Assembly (NCBI GenBank): GCA_905178155.1
Contig: CAJINV010000004.1
Location: forward strand, 3,245,035 to 3,309,034
DNA from: Amoebophrya sp. A120
Lineage: Eukaryota; Protista; Dinoflagellata
DNA: 64,000 nt
Direction of reading: 5' to 3'
Shown here piece by piece: positions 1-11,800 of the stretch. Numbering within the stretch: position 1 is the first letter of the stretch; the number at the start of each line of letters is the position of its first letter. A program made the translations under genes and the position numbers. The notes below the pieces were generated by a model. That model was not told where the DNA came from. It was given only the letters and a program-made list of their open reading frames with translations, and searched no databases.

Positions 1-35
1 CTCCTCACGACGGACCAACCTCCGCGATCATGTGT

Positions 36-161
36 TTAAAAGTCGTCGAACCCTCCAATGGGTTGCCGTTTCCTGGCGTACTGGCTGTCGCGACCGAAGA
101 AGCCAATGCAGGCCAACACGACACTGACCAGCAAGGCAAGTAACACGTAGTAGGCAAACAT
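36..161 (-). CDS. possible small single-pass membrane protein (41 aa)
   Basis: ATG followed by a hydrophobic stretch (MFAYYVLLALLVSVVLACIGFF); same strand as all other genes; no homology recognised. Confidence 0.25.
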   Translation of the reverse strand: MFAYYVLLALLVSVVLACIGFFGRDSQYARKRQPIGGFDDF

Positions 162-950
162 GATTTTTTTTTTGCTTCGTGTTCGGATTTCGAAGGTGGT
201 GTTGATGTACGCTTTTATTACAGTCGAGCGAGTGCGATGGTGCAGAAGTTCGACGATTATGCACAATCAAGGCATGGCATACGTTTGAGAACCAGCAGAT
301 TACAGCACACTTTCAACACCTTGTCGTGGCCAGAAAACATCCTATTTCGAAAAGCAGGTGCAGGGCAGCCGTAGCGTGAATGCATGGACGGCTGCTCCAC
401 CCGAGTCAGTGCCTGCGTTTGCTGAAAAGGATGTGGAACACGTTATGGTTCTCTCACACGACTACGAGAGCTTCGAAAGCTTCCACGACTTCATCACCCG
501 CATCTTTCCATTTGATGATAGTCTGAGCACTTCACTGAGATACTAACGTTCACATCGCAACGACAACGTCATCTTGACCAGTACGCAAGCCCGACAGGCC
601 GATAGTTTCAGTCTCATCGTATGTCTACTTCCACAAGCAAGAGGACTGATGATCGAAAGACTGACCTTCAACGTCGGAACTGACATGCGCAAGCACTGTC
701 GGGTCGTGTTCGTATCGATATTGAACGTGATTAGTACGACAGCATAGTACTTCGTCGAGGTCGATACGCAGAGATGAATAAGAGGTTAATAGATACTGTA
801 CTGCATTCATACATGCGAAACTTGATGGAGGTGGGAGTGGAAAAATTTACGGGGGAAGATCATCGTCGTCAGTATCTTCATCTTGCTAGCATAGAAAAAA
901 TCACATACGACGGGGGCAACGAGAAATCTAATATCACAATTGTATCGCGT

Positions 951-3900
951 TCAGACACTGTTAAAGTTGTCTTGTGACGCGTTTCCTTTACTGGTGACAC
1001 GCCTGCTGGATTTCTGCCACGTGCCGTCGTTGGCGGTTTCCAGGTTGCCGCTCACCTGCGTTTTCAGGCGCGCGAAGCTCTGGCGCATCTTCGAGCCCCG
1101 CAGGTGGTTGTGCGCCGTGGCGGTCGGGTTGGCCGTTGATGATGCTGATGTGCCAGAGAAATCAAGAGGACCAGAAAAAGCTCCTGCTGGTGCCGCATCC
1201 CCTGAAGAGGACATCACCGCGACGTCTTTGATTACAACGGTTTTATTGTTACTTCGGGTCTTTTTGGGGTACTGAATGAACGCCGGCTGGTCCTCGTTGT
1301 GAAACATGCTTTTTCGCGGTTTATTTGTTCCAAAAATCATATTACCCCCCGACGCCGATTGGATGGAGGTCACCGACGAACCTGCCCCAGGTGGAACAGC
1401 TGGTGCACCTCCAAACTGCACGACTGGGGACAGGTGCACAAAGGTGGAGCCCCGTCCAGAAGTGCTGGGGCTTCGATTGACGTTGATTGCACTGGTGCTC
1501 CCAACTAGTACACCTGCGCCACCTTGATGCGGATCCCCCTGGTGATGTTGTTCTACCGCTTTCACCCGCGCGTGCTCCATCTCGACCTGCTTCCGTGCGA
1601 GCATCATCATGGTCCGCAACTTCCGGGCCTTTTCCGTGACCGCGAGGCTATGGGAGTGCGCGGTGTCCAGGTCGGGCAGGCACTTGGCCTTCTCCAGCGA
1701 CTTCGCCTCCTCGTAGTTCGCCCGGGAGATCTTCACGATGCAGACTTCGTGCGAAGAAATCCACGCGGAATACGCCGGAGTGATCCTCTGGTACCCCTCC
1801 GCGCCGGTGTCCCCCCGCGGGACCAGCGCCTCGATGTTCAGGACCGCGTTCGAGCCCAGGTCCTGCTGGAACTGCGACAAAGGCAACGCCGAGCCGTGCG
1901 AAAACACGTGGTGGTGCGCGATGCGCACGACCCCGGTGAGCACGATAATCATGTCGTCGCAGGGTTTGCCGGCCTGCAGCAAAAAGTCCTCCTGTTCCGG
2001 CAACGCCGAGTGGCTGTTCTTCTTCACGCGCACCTCGACCTGCGCGCCCGTCGCCAGCAGCCAGCGCAGCGCCTTGCCGCCGATCCACCCCTCCCCGACC
2101 TGCCGCATGTGCCCGGTCTGAAACCGCCACGGCAGGCGGCTTTTTAGCATGCTGGTCCAGGACGCGCGAGAAGAACTATGGATGTGTCAGGTTTGAAATC
2201 GTCAGAGTTGAATAAATAGTTTGTCATGCATAAAATGGATGCCAGTTGGAGCCCAGTTTTCAATTGGCGCATGACAAATTTTGGCGATGCCTAAATCCAG
2301 TTTGTGATGCTGTTTGGGTAAGGAAGACGCCTTTTGTCATGCTACTTTAGCAGCTCTATTTCTATCCCTCAACAGGCTTGCAATCTGCCTCCCTTGCCTA
2401 CTCTGCAAGACAGGCACTTTGTGGGTTGCATTTTATGCATCACAAATTATTTCAACTTTGACGATTTCAATCCTGACGCTTCCATAAGAACCTGCTGCGT
2501 CGTGGTCGGACAGCAGTTCTTCCCGGCCAACTGAACCTTCCATCCGAGTCTTATGAACTGCAAAAGTATCGCACTCGTATAAATGCATTACAAATTTCCT
2601 CAGCGTGAAAAATAAAATTTGTAATGCTGATTTACCTTAGGGAAAAGATTTTTTGTGATGCATGATTACAATACGAGTACGACACAACTTTTGCACAGGA
2701 TAAGTCTTACTCACGGCCAGTTCGTGGAACAGTTCCGGCCCGGGGTAGTTCTCCCGCAGGTGCGCACACAAGACCGCAATCTCGAAGGGCGTCAACGGAC
2801 TCTCGGCCAGCGCCTTGTTGAAGACGCGCATGCTCATGGGGTCCACGTTGTAGAAGTGTTGGCCACCGCGGAGCTTCGAGGCCGGCTCGTGGACCATCTT
2901 CGTGAGTTCCAGCAGCTGCTCACGCTCTTCCAGTAGTTCATCCCCTTGCGACGCTTGACTCTTCATCGCAATGCCGCTGCCGCTAGCACTGCTGACCGTG
3001 GAATTATGGTGTCGCCCGGTCATTTCCGACATTGTCTGCAGCTCGATCTGTGAGGCGTTCTTTCGTTTATTGTTGGCAGATTTGGTATTCCTCTTGGATC
3101 CCGAGTTAATTATATCGTCTGCTGATGTGCTGTTGTTTTCCTTGTTATCTACGCTTGTTCCAGCAGCAGCTCCAGTAGTCGCAGCAGCACCAACGGTTGT
3201 TCCCCCTTCCTCGTCGCTGCTCGAGGTTTCCATGCTGAGCGCGCCGTGCAGCAGCGTTTTCGCGACGTCCTCCTTGGCTTCGAGCACCTCTAGGGGCAAA
3301 GCCGCAGACTCGTCGTCGAACTCCTGGCCGAGAATCTCCTCGAAGATGTCCTCTTTGGAGAAGACGCCGATATGGCGTTCTCAAATGTTACATTCTCAAC
3401 TTGTCATGCAAGAATGGGAAAAGTGAAAGGGGGGAGGTTGCACCTGTAGCATTACAAGTTCCGGACCGATTTAAGTGGTGTCTAGCCCTTCGCAAATTTG
3501 TCATGCGAAGCAGCTTGAACTTGATCGTGTGAATGATGATAGTGTTTTTGCATGACAAATTCATGTAACAGTTGAGAAGGTAACCGATTTGAGAACCCCA
3601 TAGCCGAGTAACTTTCGCGTGTCCTCCTCCACGACCAGCGCGAGGTGCGCAATGGTGTATGACAGTGCACAACTGCCCCTCCCCTTCATTTGTCATGCAA
3701 AATACCCAGCCCATCCTTTGTCCCTTGGCACTGAATGCATGACAAGTTCTGGTAGCCCAAATAGCAGTGCAATCCAGTAGACATTATTTGTCATGCAAAA
3801 CCGGCACTGTTGCTGATGCTTGTATTGCCGTTCATGCTATACAAATGAGGGAAAGGGGGAGTTGTGCAATGTCATATGGTGCCCTTTTTGAACACATTGA

Positions 3901-4891
3901 TGGCGAACCCGCAACTGTGCTGCGGGTAGAAAGTCACGTACGTCCGGGCAAACATCTGGAGGAAATCCTTCACGGGCATGGCGTCATCCGGGTCCACAAG
4001 CATCAAATCTCGTGTGAGGAGAATCGCGACAATGCTGTGTTCGTCCTCCAGGGAGTAGATGGGCACCCGGGAAAAGCCAGACTTCCAGATCAAAGCCACG
4101 GTGTCGTAATCTAGAATGGTGTTAAACGGCAGCTTGAACACGTCTGGAAACGGCGTCATCACGTCGGTTACCTTTTTGTCCTTAAAGGAAAGCGCGCCTT
4201 GCAACACCTGTTCCTCCAGACTGGACAAGTGCGCCGCCTGCGCCTGCACCTTGAGCAAGTACATGAGTTCCTTGCGGCTGTAGCTGGTGCCCAGCTCCTC
4301 GCCCAGCACGTAGTCCAGCGCCTTCGCGATCGGAAAGGCCAGGGGGAACAGCAAAAACCCGAAGACGTACACGACCCAGATTGTGTGCGCGCCGACGAGG
4401 AGCGCGTAGCGGGAGCAGGCAGACTGGGGCACGATCTCGCCGAAGATGACGATAACCCCCGAACTGACGATGAAGCCCATGACCCCGCCGGCCATGTCGC
4501 CCATAAAGATCGCGAGCGCGGCATTTACCATCACGTTCCCGAGGAGAAGCGTGCAGAGCAGCAAATTCCCGTGTTTCCGCACCGGGTAGATGCGTCGCGC
4601 GTACTTCTTCTGCTCCTCGTCGTCGCCGTTGATGACGATCTCCAAGCCCGCGAGGTCGAGGCCGAGCAACCCCAGAGTTAGCCCGGAGAACAGCCCGGAT
4701 AGACAGATGAGGATCACCACCATGACGTAGTCGAGGAAGCTGCTGCCCTCCGAGGCTTTGAACCCGCAGTAGCCTTCCACATTCGCGCCGCAGCTGCAGT
4801 CCGCATCCGCCGTGCACACCAGTTGGCCCCGCAACGACGTGTAATTGGCGAAGATCGCCGTGTAGTCCGTCAATGGACTGCTGTCCGCCAT
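951..4891 (-). CDS. CNNM: CNNM/CorC-family metal (Mg2+) transporter: DUF21 + CBS pair + cNMP-binding-like domain; 5 exons
   Basis: Motifs LSGLFSGLTLGLLGLD, GNLLLCTLLLGNV, VIFGEIVPQS, SGFSRVPIY. Removing 4 introners joins FKKGTIAHLALV..KLLGVFSKEDIFEEILG in frame. Confidence 0.9.
2177..2486. mobile_element. introner, family D (310 bp)
   Basis: TIR TATGGATGTGTCAGG../..CCTGACGCTTCCATA; TSD AGAAC; frame restored (AAGS|SRASW). Confidence 0.9.
2552..2702. mobile_element. introner, family B (151 bp)
   Basis: TIR TATGAACTGCAAAAGT; TSD AGTCT; frame restored. Confidence 0.9.
3371..3602. mobile_element. introner, family C (232 bp)
   Basis: TIR TATGGCGTTCTCAAATGTTACATTCTCAAC; TSD GCCGA; frame restored (LLG|VFSKED). 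Confidence 0.92.
3658..3876. mobile_element. introner, family E (219 bp)
   Basis: TIR TATGACAGTGCACAACTGCCCCTCCCC; TSD TGGTG; frame restored (KKGTI|AHLA). Confidence 0.92.
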
Positions 4892-5831
4892 GATGGGCTA
4901 TTATTTGTAGTCGGAAGATTGGATCAAGTACTCGAAGCTCGTCGTGGTGGCGGTGCTGGGGGGAAGATGACTAGTTTGTGTTTTGCTCTTGGTCGTGAGG
5001 AAACTACACCTGCATATCAGGCATTGAGAGGGAATAACAAACTGAAGCCTTCTAATCTACCTCAACGAATCAATATCTCGCTGTAACATCATTCTTCACG
5101 GGTGTGGGTGGTCAAATAAACAGGGATTCATCGGAGAAAATACTTATGCAATAGTCAGGTGTGACTCCAGAGCTTGCAAGCCATACTCGAAGCCTGTTTC
5201 ATCAAAGTGGAAATCAGATTTTCACTAATTGTAGCATTCGACGTCTACGCAGCAGAAGATTGTAAGTAGAGCACACAGCACGGCGTGTTTGCGAAAGAAC
5301 GATATCGGAGGGACGTACGGAAAAGTGATATTTTGAACGATGTTAGGAAAATTACGGACGACACAAATATCAACCGAGGGAGAAGATGTTTCAAGCAGAG
5401 CCGATTTTCCACTTACGCTGTGTCAACCGAGCTATTTTTTTTTTTTCGTGCAACAAGGAGCTTCTTAGTGTTGAAAGTCCAACAACCGAAACGGATTTGA
5501 ACGATTAGCGCGAGATGGAGAGTTCAAAACGAAATAGTTTTACGTCGATGAAACCTCAACCTGTCCTGTCACAACCGAGATTGCAATGATGCTACAGCAC
5601 CGAGACTGGTGAGGACATCCAGGACGATATGTTGCACCGCGCGTGCCGCGCGTGCACTCGCATCCGCAAAATCATCCTGATTGATCAGAAGCGTGACAAT
5701 CAAGCCATGTAGTTGCGCGTAAGAATGGTGAAGTTCTATTATTTGCTTCGACAACAACTTCAACTATCAAGTGTACATTTCCTTCCCGATGCTACTTTAC
5801 CTCGGGTGCTACTAACTTACTTACTCGTTCT

Positions 5832-8800
5832 TCACAACCTTTGCCTTTTGCTCGGATGAAGGGCATGATCAAGCTCCTCCTCCTTCCGCCCCATCTCGTC
5901 CGCCGCATGAAGAAGATCCTCTTCACTAGAAATTTGCAGCGACGTGTCAAAAAGCGACACCATGACGTTTTTCAATTTTCGGCTGTGGGCGGAGGAAAAG
6001 GCCCCGCTGCTTTCTACCGACCGGTCCACTGCGCCCTCCAACAGGGACTGCTTGCTTTATCCTGAGTTAAAACGTCCCCACCCCATAGTCAAGTTGAGAA
6101 TCTAGCAACACAAGTCTCCAAGTTTTGGGAGCTGTGCATGACAAGTTTCCCTCTGTAGTGTAGTGCTGGTTGGCAAGGGCAGCCGCATGAGAAAGCCATT
6201 TTCTCATCGTGTTTGCAGCATTACAAATTCCAAAACACGATTTGAAATGCCTCTCATGGAGCTGCGCATTACAACTGTTCCTGTCATTGCACATTTGCAT
6301 GACAACTCTGGGGTGGGGATGTTTTTACTGAGGATATGCTTTCCTGCATCTTCTGAATCCGTTCCTCGATCGAGTTTTCGACGATGATTCTATAGACGTC
6401 GAGCTGCTTGTGGCGGAAGCCAATCCGGTGGACCCGGTCGACCGCCTGTTCCTCTAAAGCCGAATTCCACCTATGCGTTGCAAGTATGTGTGCTGGGTCT
6501 GGAATACAACTTGTGGTGCTGCCAGCCTTTGAATTCTACAAAAATCTGTATGGGCTGAGCAGGAGGAGGCAGTTCTCATGCGGTATAGGCAGCCCCCACA
6601 TAATCTCCGATGAGAATGAGATGCAGATGCTAGGACTAGGGCATGTATCGCAGACATCTCATGATCATGGATCATGCAAATAATGCAAATGCGCATCATG
6701 AGAAGTCTTGCAATCTTTGAGGCCCAGACATGCTTGCAGTTGATACCACCAGGGCTCCAGCAAAATCACCGCCCGTGCCCGCGTCAGCGTGATCCCCACT
6801 CCGGCGCAAGCGAGCGAGCAATATCCTCTGCAAGAGTATCGCACTCGTACGAATCGCAGTCATGCATGACAGATTCTTCTCTTTACCTCATCATCATCTA
6901 GCATGGGAAATTGTTTATATGTTTTTTTGATCTTGAGACGATTTGTAGTAATGCTTACTTGCTAGTACGATACGTTTGCAACGCATAAGCAAAGCAGCAC
7001 GTCGATTTTCCCTTCTTGGAAATCCGTCAACAGCTGCCTCCGATCGCTCGGCTTCGTCGCACCTGTGAAAAGCTCCGCGCGCAGAGCCAAGGAGATGCTG
7101 CTGTTACTAGTACCGCAGGCTGAAGATGACACTGGTTGCGTTTTCTTGGTTCCCAGCCTTTCCTTCGCAAGTCTCAATGTCTGCACGAAAGAGGAAAACA
7201 CGACGACGCTGCCGGGCTTCGCGTCGTGCGTCGAGGCGGTGTCCAGGCGGATTTCGTGAACCAAAGAAGCAAATTTGGCCAACTTTGCGGATTCCGGAAG
7301 AAGTTGCTGTTGTTCCTGGGTATTGTTTTTGCTTGAACAAGCCCCAGTTGCAGCAGCACTTGAAGGCGCAGGGAAATGTCCTGGTCCCGCCGTAGAATTT
7401 CCACCATTATGTTCTAATTCTTCTCCAACACGATCTCGTAGATCTTCCCTACTACAGTTGTTCTTGATCGCTTTCAGTTCCTCATCTTTCGGGCGGTGCA
7501 CCAAATCCTTCAGCCTCACCGTCGCCCGGCAGATGGGACAGGGCGCGCCGCCACCGCCAAAGTCCGCCGCGTGGCTTTGCTGTTCCCCATGATGGTGCTT
7601 CTCCTGCAGCTCCCTACTGGCCTGAACGGCCTGCGCGAGGCAGTCGTAGTGGAACACATGGCCGCACTTCGTCACGCACACCGTGCTGTCGTCTAGCGGA
7701 CAGAGGCATACGCTGCAGTCCGTCCCTATGGCGTTCTCAAACGTTACATTCTCAACCGTTACATGATTTGTCATGCAAAATCCCAATCAGAATCGACACG
7801 AACACGATCAAGCTGCTTCGCATGACAAATTCCCGAAGGGCCAAACAGGCTGAAAATCTGCGCCAGGTCTGTCATGCAAAAGGCGCAATCTTCCCCCTTT
7901 TCAGTTTTGCCATTCTTGCGTCACAAATTCGCGTAACAGTTGAGAATGTAGCAGTTGAGAACGCCATAGTCCCATCGGCTTCCTCGAAGAGCTGGAGCGG
8001 GTTCTTCTGCTCGGAGCCGTACTGAATACTGGACTCGGTCAAAAGTTTCTTAACCAGCGTCGCGTCGTCGAGGAGCAACGCCTCCACCCATTTTTCCGGC
8101 AGCAAGCTCGCGTGCTGCAGCAGCTGGCGCAGTCGCGTGATGAAGCTCAAAACGCTGATCGACGAATTTAGTTGTTGGGGATCATTCGTAGAAGTCGTGT
8201 TGCCTTTATTTCTTAAAGTAGACAACTCGCCAGCACCAACAGACCTTGATGATGCTTGCTCTTGTTGTCCGGCAGCTCGTCTGCTCGTACTTGAGGCTGA
8301 GGTCGCACCAGATGATGAAGTCGCTCCTCCTGCTGCGACCACAGTCGTAGTACTCGCTGCGGCGATGGCGGACTTCAGCACCGTTCGGGCGGCCGTCGCG
8401 GCGTTTGCCTGCAATTGGACGCCCCCCGAATTCAGTAGCTGTTCGCTGCAGAGCTGGAACAATTTGTCGTACATAGCGCGGTGTTCCTTTCCCAGCTTTA
8501 CCGTGATATGCATTGCAAATATGTCTGGGTCCTCTGGAAGGCTGCAACTTGTGATGCTGCCTTTGGATTCTAAAAGAATTTGTCTTGCATGATCAGGAAG
8601 ACGAGCCCAACTTTTGCTACGCGGAGAGGGCATTTCTCATGCGGGATAGGCATCAACAAGGCCTCAGAAAATCTGTGATGCTAGAGCATACATCACAGAC
8701 ATCATGGATATATGGAAAATGTGCATGACAAACTTGGGCTCTACTTCCAGACCCAGACATTTTTGCAGTTGATACTTGACGACATGATACCTTTTTCTCG

Positions 8801-11800
8801 GCAACTCCAGAAGACACCGCGTGTTCATTGCCGGCTGCACAGTTGTACTACCTATCAAATGTAAAAATGTCTGGGTCTGGAAGAGTGCGCGATTTGTCAT
8901 GCTCCTTTTCCATGACTCATGAGGTCTGAAATGCAGGACCTAGCATGACAGATTCTGTGCGATCTCTCTCATGCCTATCCTGCATGAGAAACTCCCTCCC
9001 GACTTGGTCAAAACTGGACGACTTTTGGCAATCATGCAACACAGATTTTTGCATGCTTCAGATTTAGCATGACAAGTTACATTCTTCCAGACCCAGACAT
9101 TTTTGCATTTGATACTACCAGTAGCCGTTCTACTTGTTGCACCGGTCGTGCTATTGCGCTTATTTCTAGTACTGCGCTGCTGCCCCGGGGCAGCTGGTGC
9201 AGCTGCGCTTCCAGTTTGAAGACCGATTTGATGTGTAGATGAAGGTGCTGCTGAAGTAGAATCGCTGGCATGATTCCGAATCGGCACCCGCGTGTTTTTC
9301 AGCCGGCGCAGCAGGTAGACGCGCAAGATCAGGTTCAAAACCTCCAGCCCCTTCCCCTCGCCCATCTTCACCGGGCGGTCGATCAGTCTATGGAACCACG
9401 CGGGGTCGACGAAGGGCTCCAGTTATGCACTGCAAAAGTGTCGTACTCGTATTGCAATCATGCATTTTTTTTATTTTTTGTTAAGTCAAATCCGCATTAC
9501 AAATTTTCTCTCATGCTGAGGGAGTTTGTAACGCATTTATACGAGTACGATACTTTTGCAATGCATACCAGTTCCAGGAAAGCGAGGAGCGGCTGCACGT
9601 CGAGCAGTTTGTTCACCACGGGAGTGCCGGTGACCAGCCACTTGATTTCCGCCTGGACAAGTTTCGGGTTCGACAGAACTTTGCACAAATGAGTATTCGC
9701 GTTTCGCATCACATGAGCCTCGTCCAGGATGATGCGCTTCCAGCACAGTATTTGATGTCCTGGTGCTGATGTTGCAGCTGCAGGGCCACTTGCACTCGGT
9801 GTGGATGATGAGGGTCCTCGTGAAGACGAAGACGACGATGATACCAGAAGATTTGCGAACGTCTGGTAGGTGGACAATAGAATCGCGTGCTTGTGCTTCG
9901 TAGGCGGCTGTAATATGTTCGCTTGATCCACCGAGGTTGATCCCACGACCCGATGGTGTACGACGAAATGGCTCAGGACGGACGGTTGCCTGCTTCTATT
10001 CGCTCCGAAATTATTCGTCGCGCTGCAGCTCGCAATCGCAGCCGCGAACGTTTGCGCTGCGTCCTTTCCGTGGCACAAATGCAGAGTGACGTCCGGTAAG
10101 GCCCGGCTAATCGCGTCTTCCCAGGCGGGCAGGACTGACAACGGGCAGAGAATCACCGTCGCATCGATTTTTACATTCGAAGGAGAAGGGGTAGAGGTAG
10201 ATGCGTTGCTGATAGTCGCGCCACTGCTCGTTCCAGCTGTACTAGTAGCTCCAGTTCTTGTCGTCCCACTGCTGCTTGTTCCGTCTGGAACTGCATCCGA
10301 GTAGTTTTCCTTCGTGTGGCCAAACTTCAAATCGTGGGCGATGCAGGCGAGGAGGGAAATGGTCTTCCCCAGGCCCATTTCGTCGGACAAAAAGCCCCCG
10401 CGCGGGATCTTCGGAATGGTCGTGAAACGCGCCAGTGTTGCGGTTATGGAAGCGTCAGAATCGAAATCAACAAAATCGAAAGAATTCGTCATGCATGAAA
10501 CCGATACCAGTTGGAGCCTCAGTTTCCAAATGCCGCATTAACAATCTCGGGAGCACCATCAAAATCCAGTCTGTCATTCTGTTTCTTTGGGCAAAGAAGA
10601 CTGCTCCTGTCATGCTACTCTGGCAGCACATCGTCTTCCCTTCAACAGGCTTGCAATAGGTCTCATTTGCCTGCTCCCCTACACAGGCCTTGCGTGCGCT
10701 GCACTTTATGCATTACAAATTTCTCGACTTTGTCGATTTCGATCCTGACACTCCCATAGCGGTGTTTTGGAATTTCCCGTCCTTGCTGATGGTCCACAAG
10801 GGTATCTCCCCCTTCCGGATCCGGTCGAACTGTTCCATCTTAGGAAACTGCTTCTCGCGCTGCACCAACCAGTGCAGCGCTTTCTCCTGGTGTTCAAGCA
10901 GGTGAAACCCACCTTGAAGAAAACTAGTATCATCTGGGTCCTTAATCAGCGGCATGTCCTCGTAGCGCATGGAGGAGAGGCATCCACAGAAAAAAAAACA
11001 AAATCCTCATCCATTTTTTGCATGACAAACGCAAGACTTGTATACGTGTGCTCTGCATGACAAATTGGATGCTCTGGATGGGTGTTTTTTCCTGGATAAG
11101 AGGTAGAGCTTTTCCAGCGCAGAGTGGAAATCCTTCCCGATGTCCACGTTGCCGATCTTCGCCCCGTCGGCCCCGACCGCGCCATGCTTGCGGTTTTTCA
11201 GGAACCCGGGGACGTCTTTCTCCTCCGGAAACTCCTGCTTCCACCGGTCTCGCGAGAGCTGCTCGACCGGAATTCCCTGTTGCACCCGCAAAACCTTCAC
11301 GTTGGCATACTCGCAGCGCGTCTTCGCAATCTGAGACAGAAGAAGCTCGACCTGTTTCTTGACCGCCTCGCGGCGACCTTTCACCAGCTGGTAGCGCTGC
11401 TGCTTTCGCCGGTACAACTGCTCGGCGGGGGAGGTCGTATTAAATGAAGTTGCTGTGCTAGAAGTACGAGTAGAATGATTTTTTGCTGACGCAGGTCCGT
11501 TGGGGTTCCACCGCTGGACAGAGAAATTACCCGGGGGTTGCGAAAGAAACTGGGACGTTGCGTTGAACCCTCCCATTGGCGGAAAAGTGCCAGTCGCCCC
11601 AAAAGAGCCACCTCCACCCGTGGTCGCACTCCCAAAATAACCTGTTGCGCTGTTCCCGCCAAATTGCGACGTCATAGATCTTGAGCCGCCTCGGGGAACA
11701 ATGCCATTAGCTGCAGAGGTGCTCGTAGCTGCTGCCCACGAAGACGCCGCACCGCCGCCACCGAAGCGGCTGCCCGCAAACTGGGACCGCTTGGGCATGT

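Noticed and set aside
6067-6327. Apparent element with a CTGAG TSD that would leave a premature stop in the helicase
   Set aside because: The true boundaries are 6058-6336 with TSD TGCTT, which restores the frame.
8664-9371. Many short ORFs sharing peptides such as IKCKNVWVWK, FQTQTFLHLI, SNAKMSGSGR and CIAKVSYS, which look like a protein repeat family
   Set aside because: They are translations of introner TIRs, not proteins.
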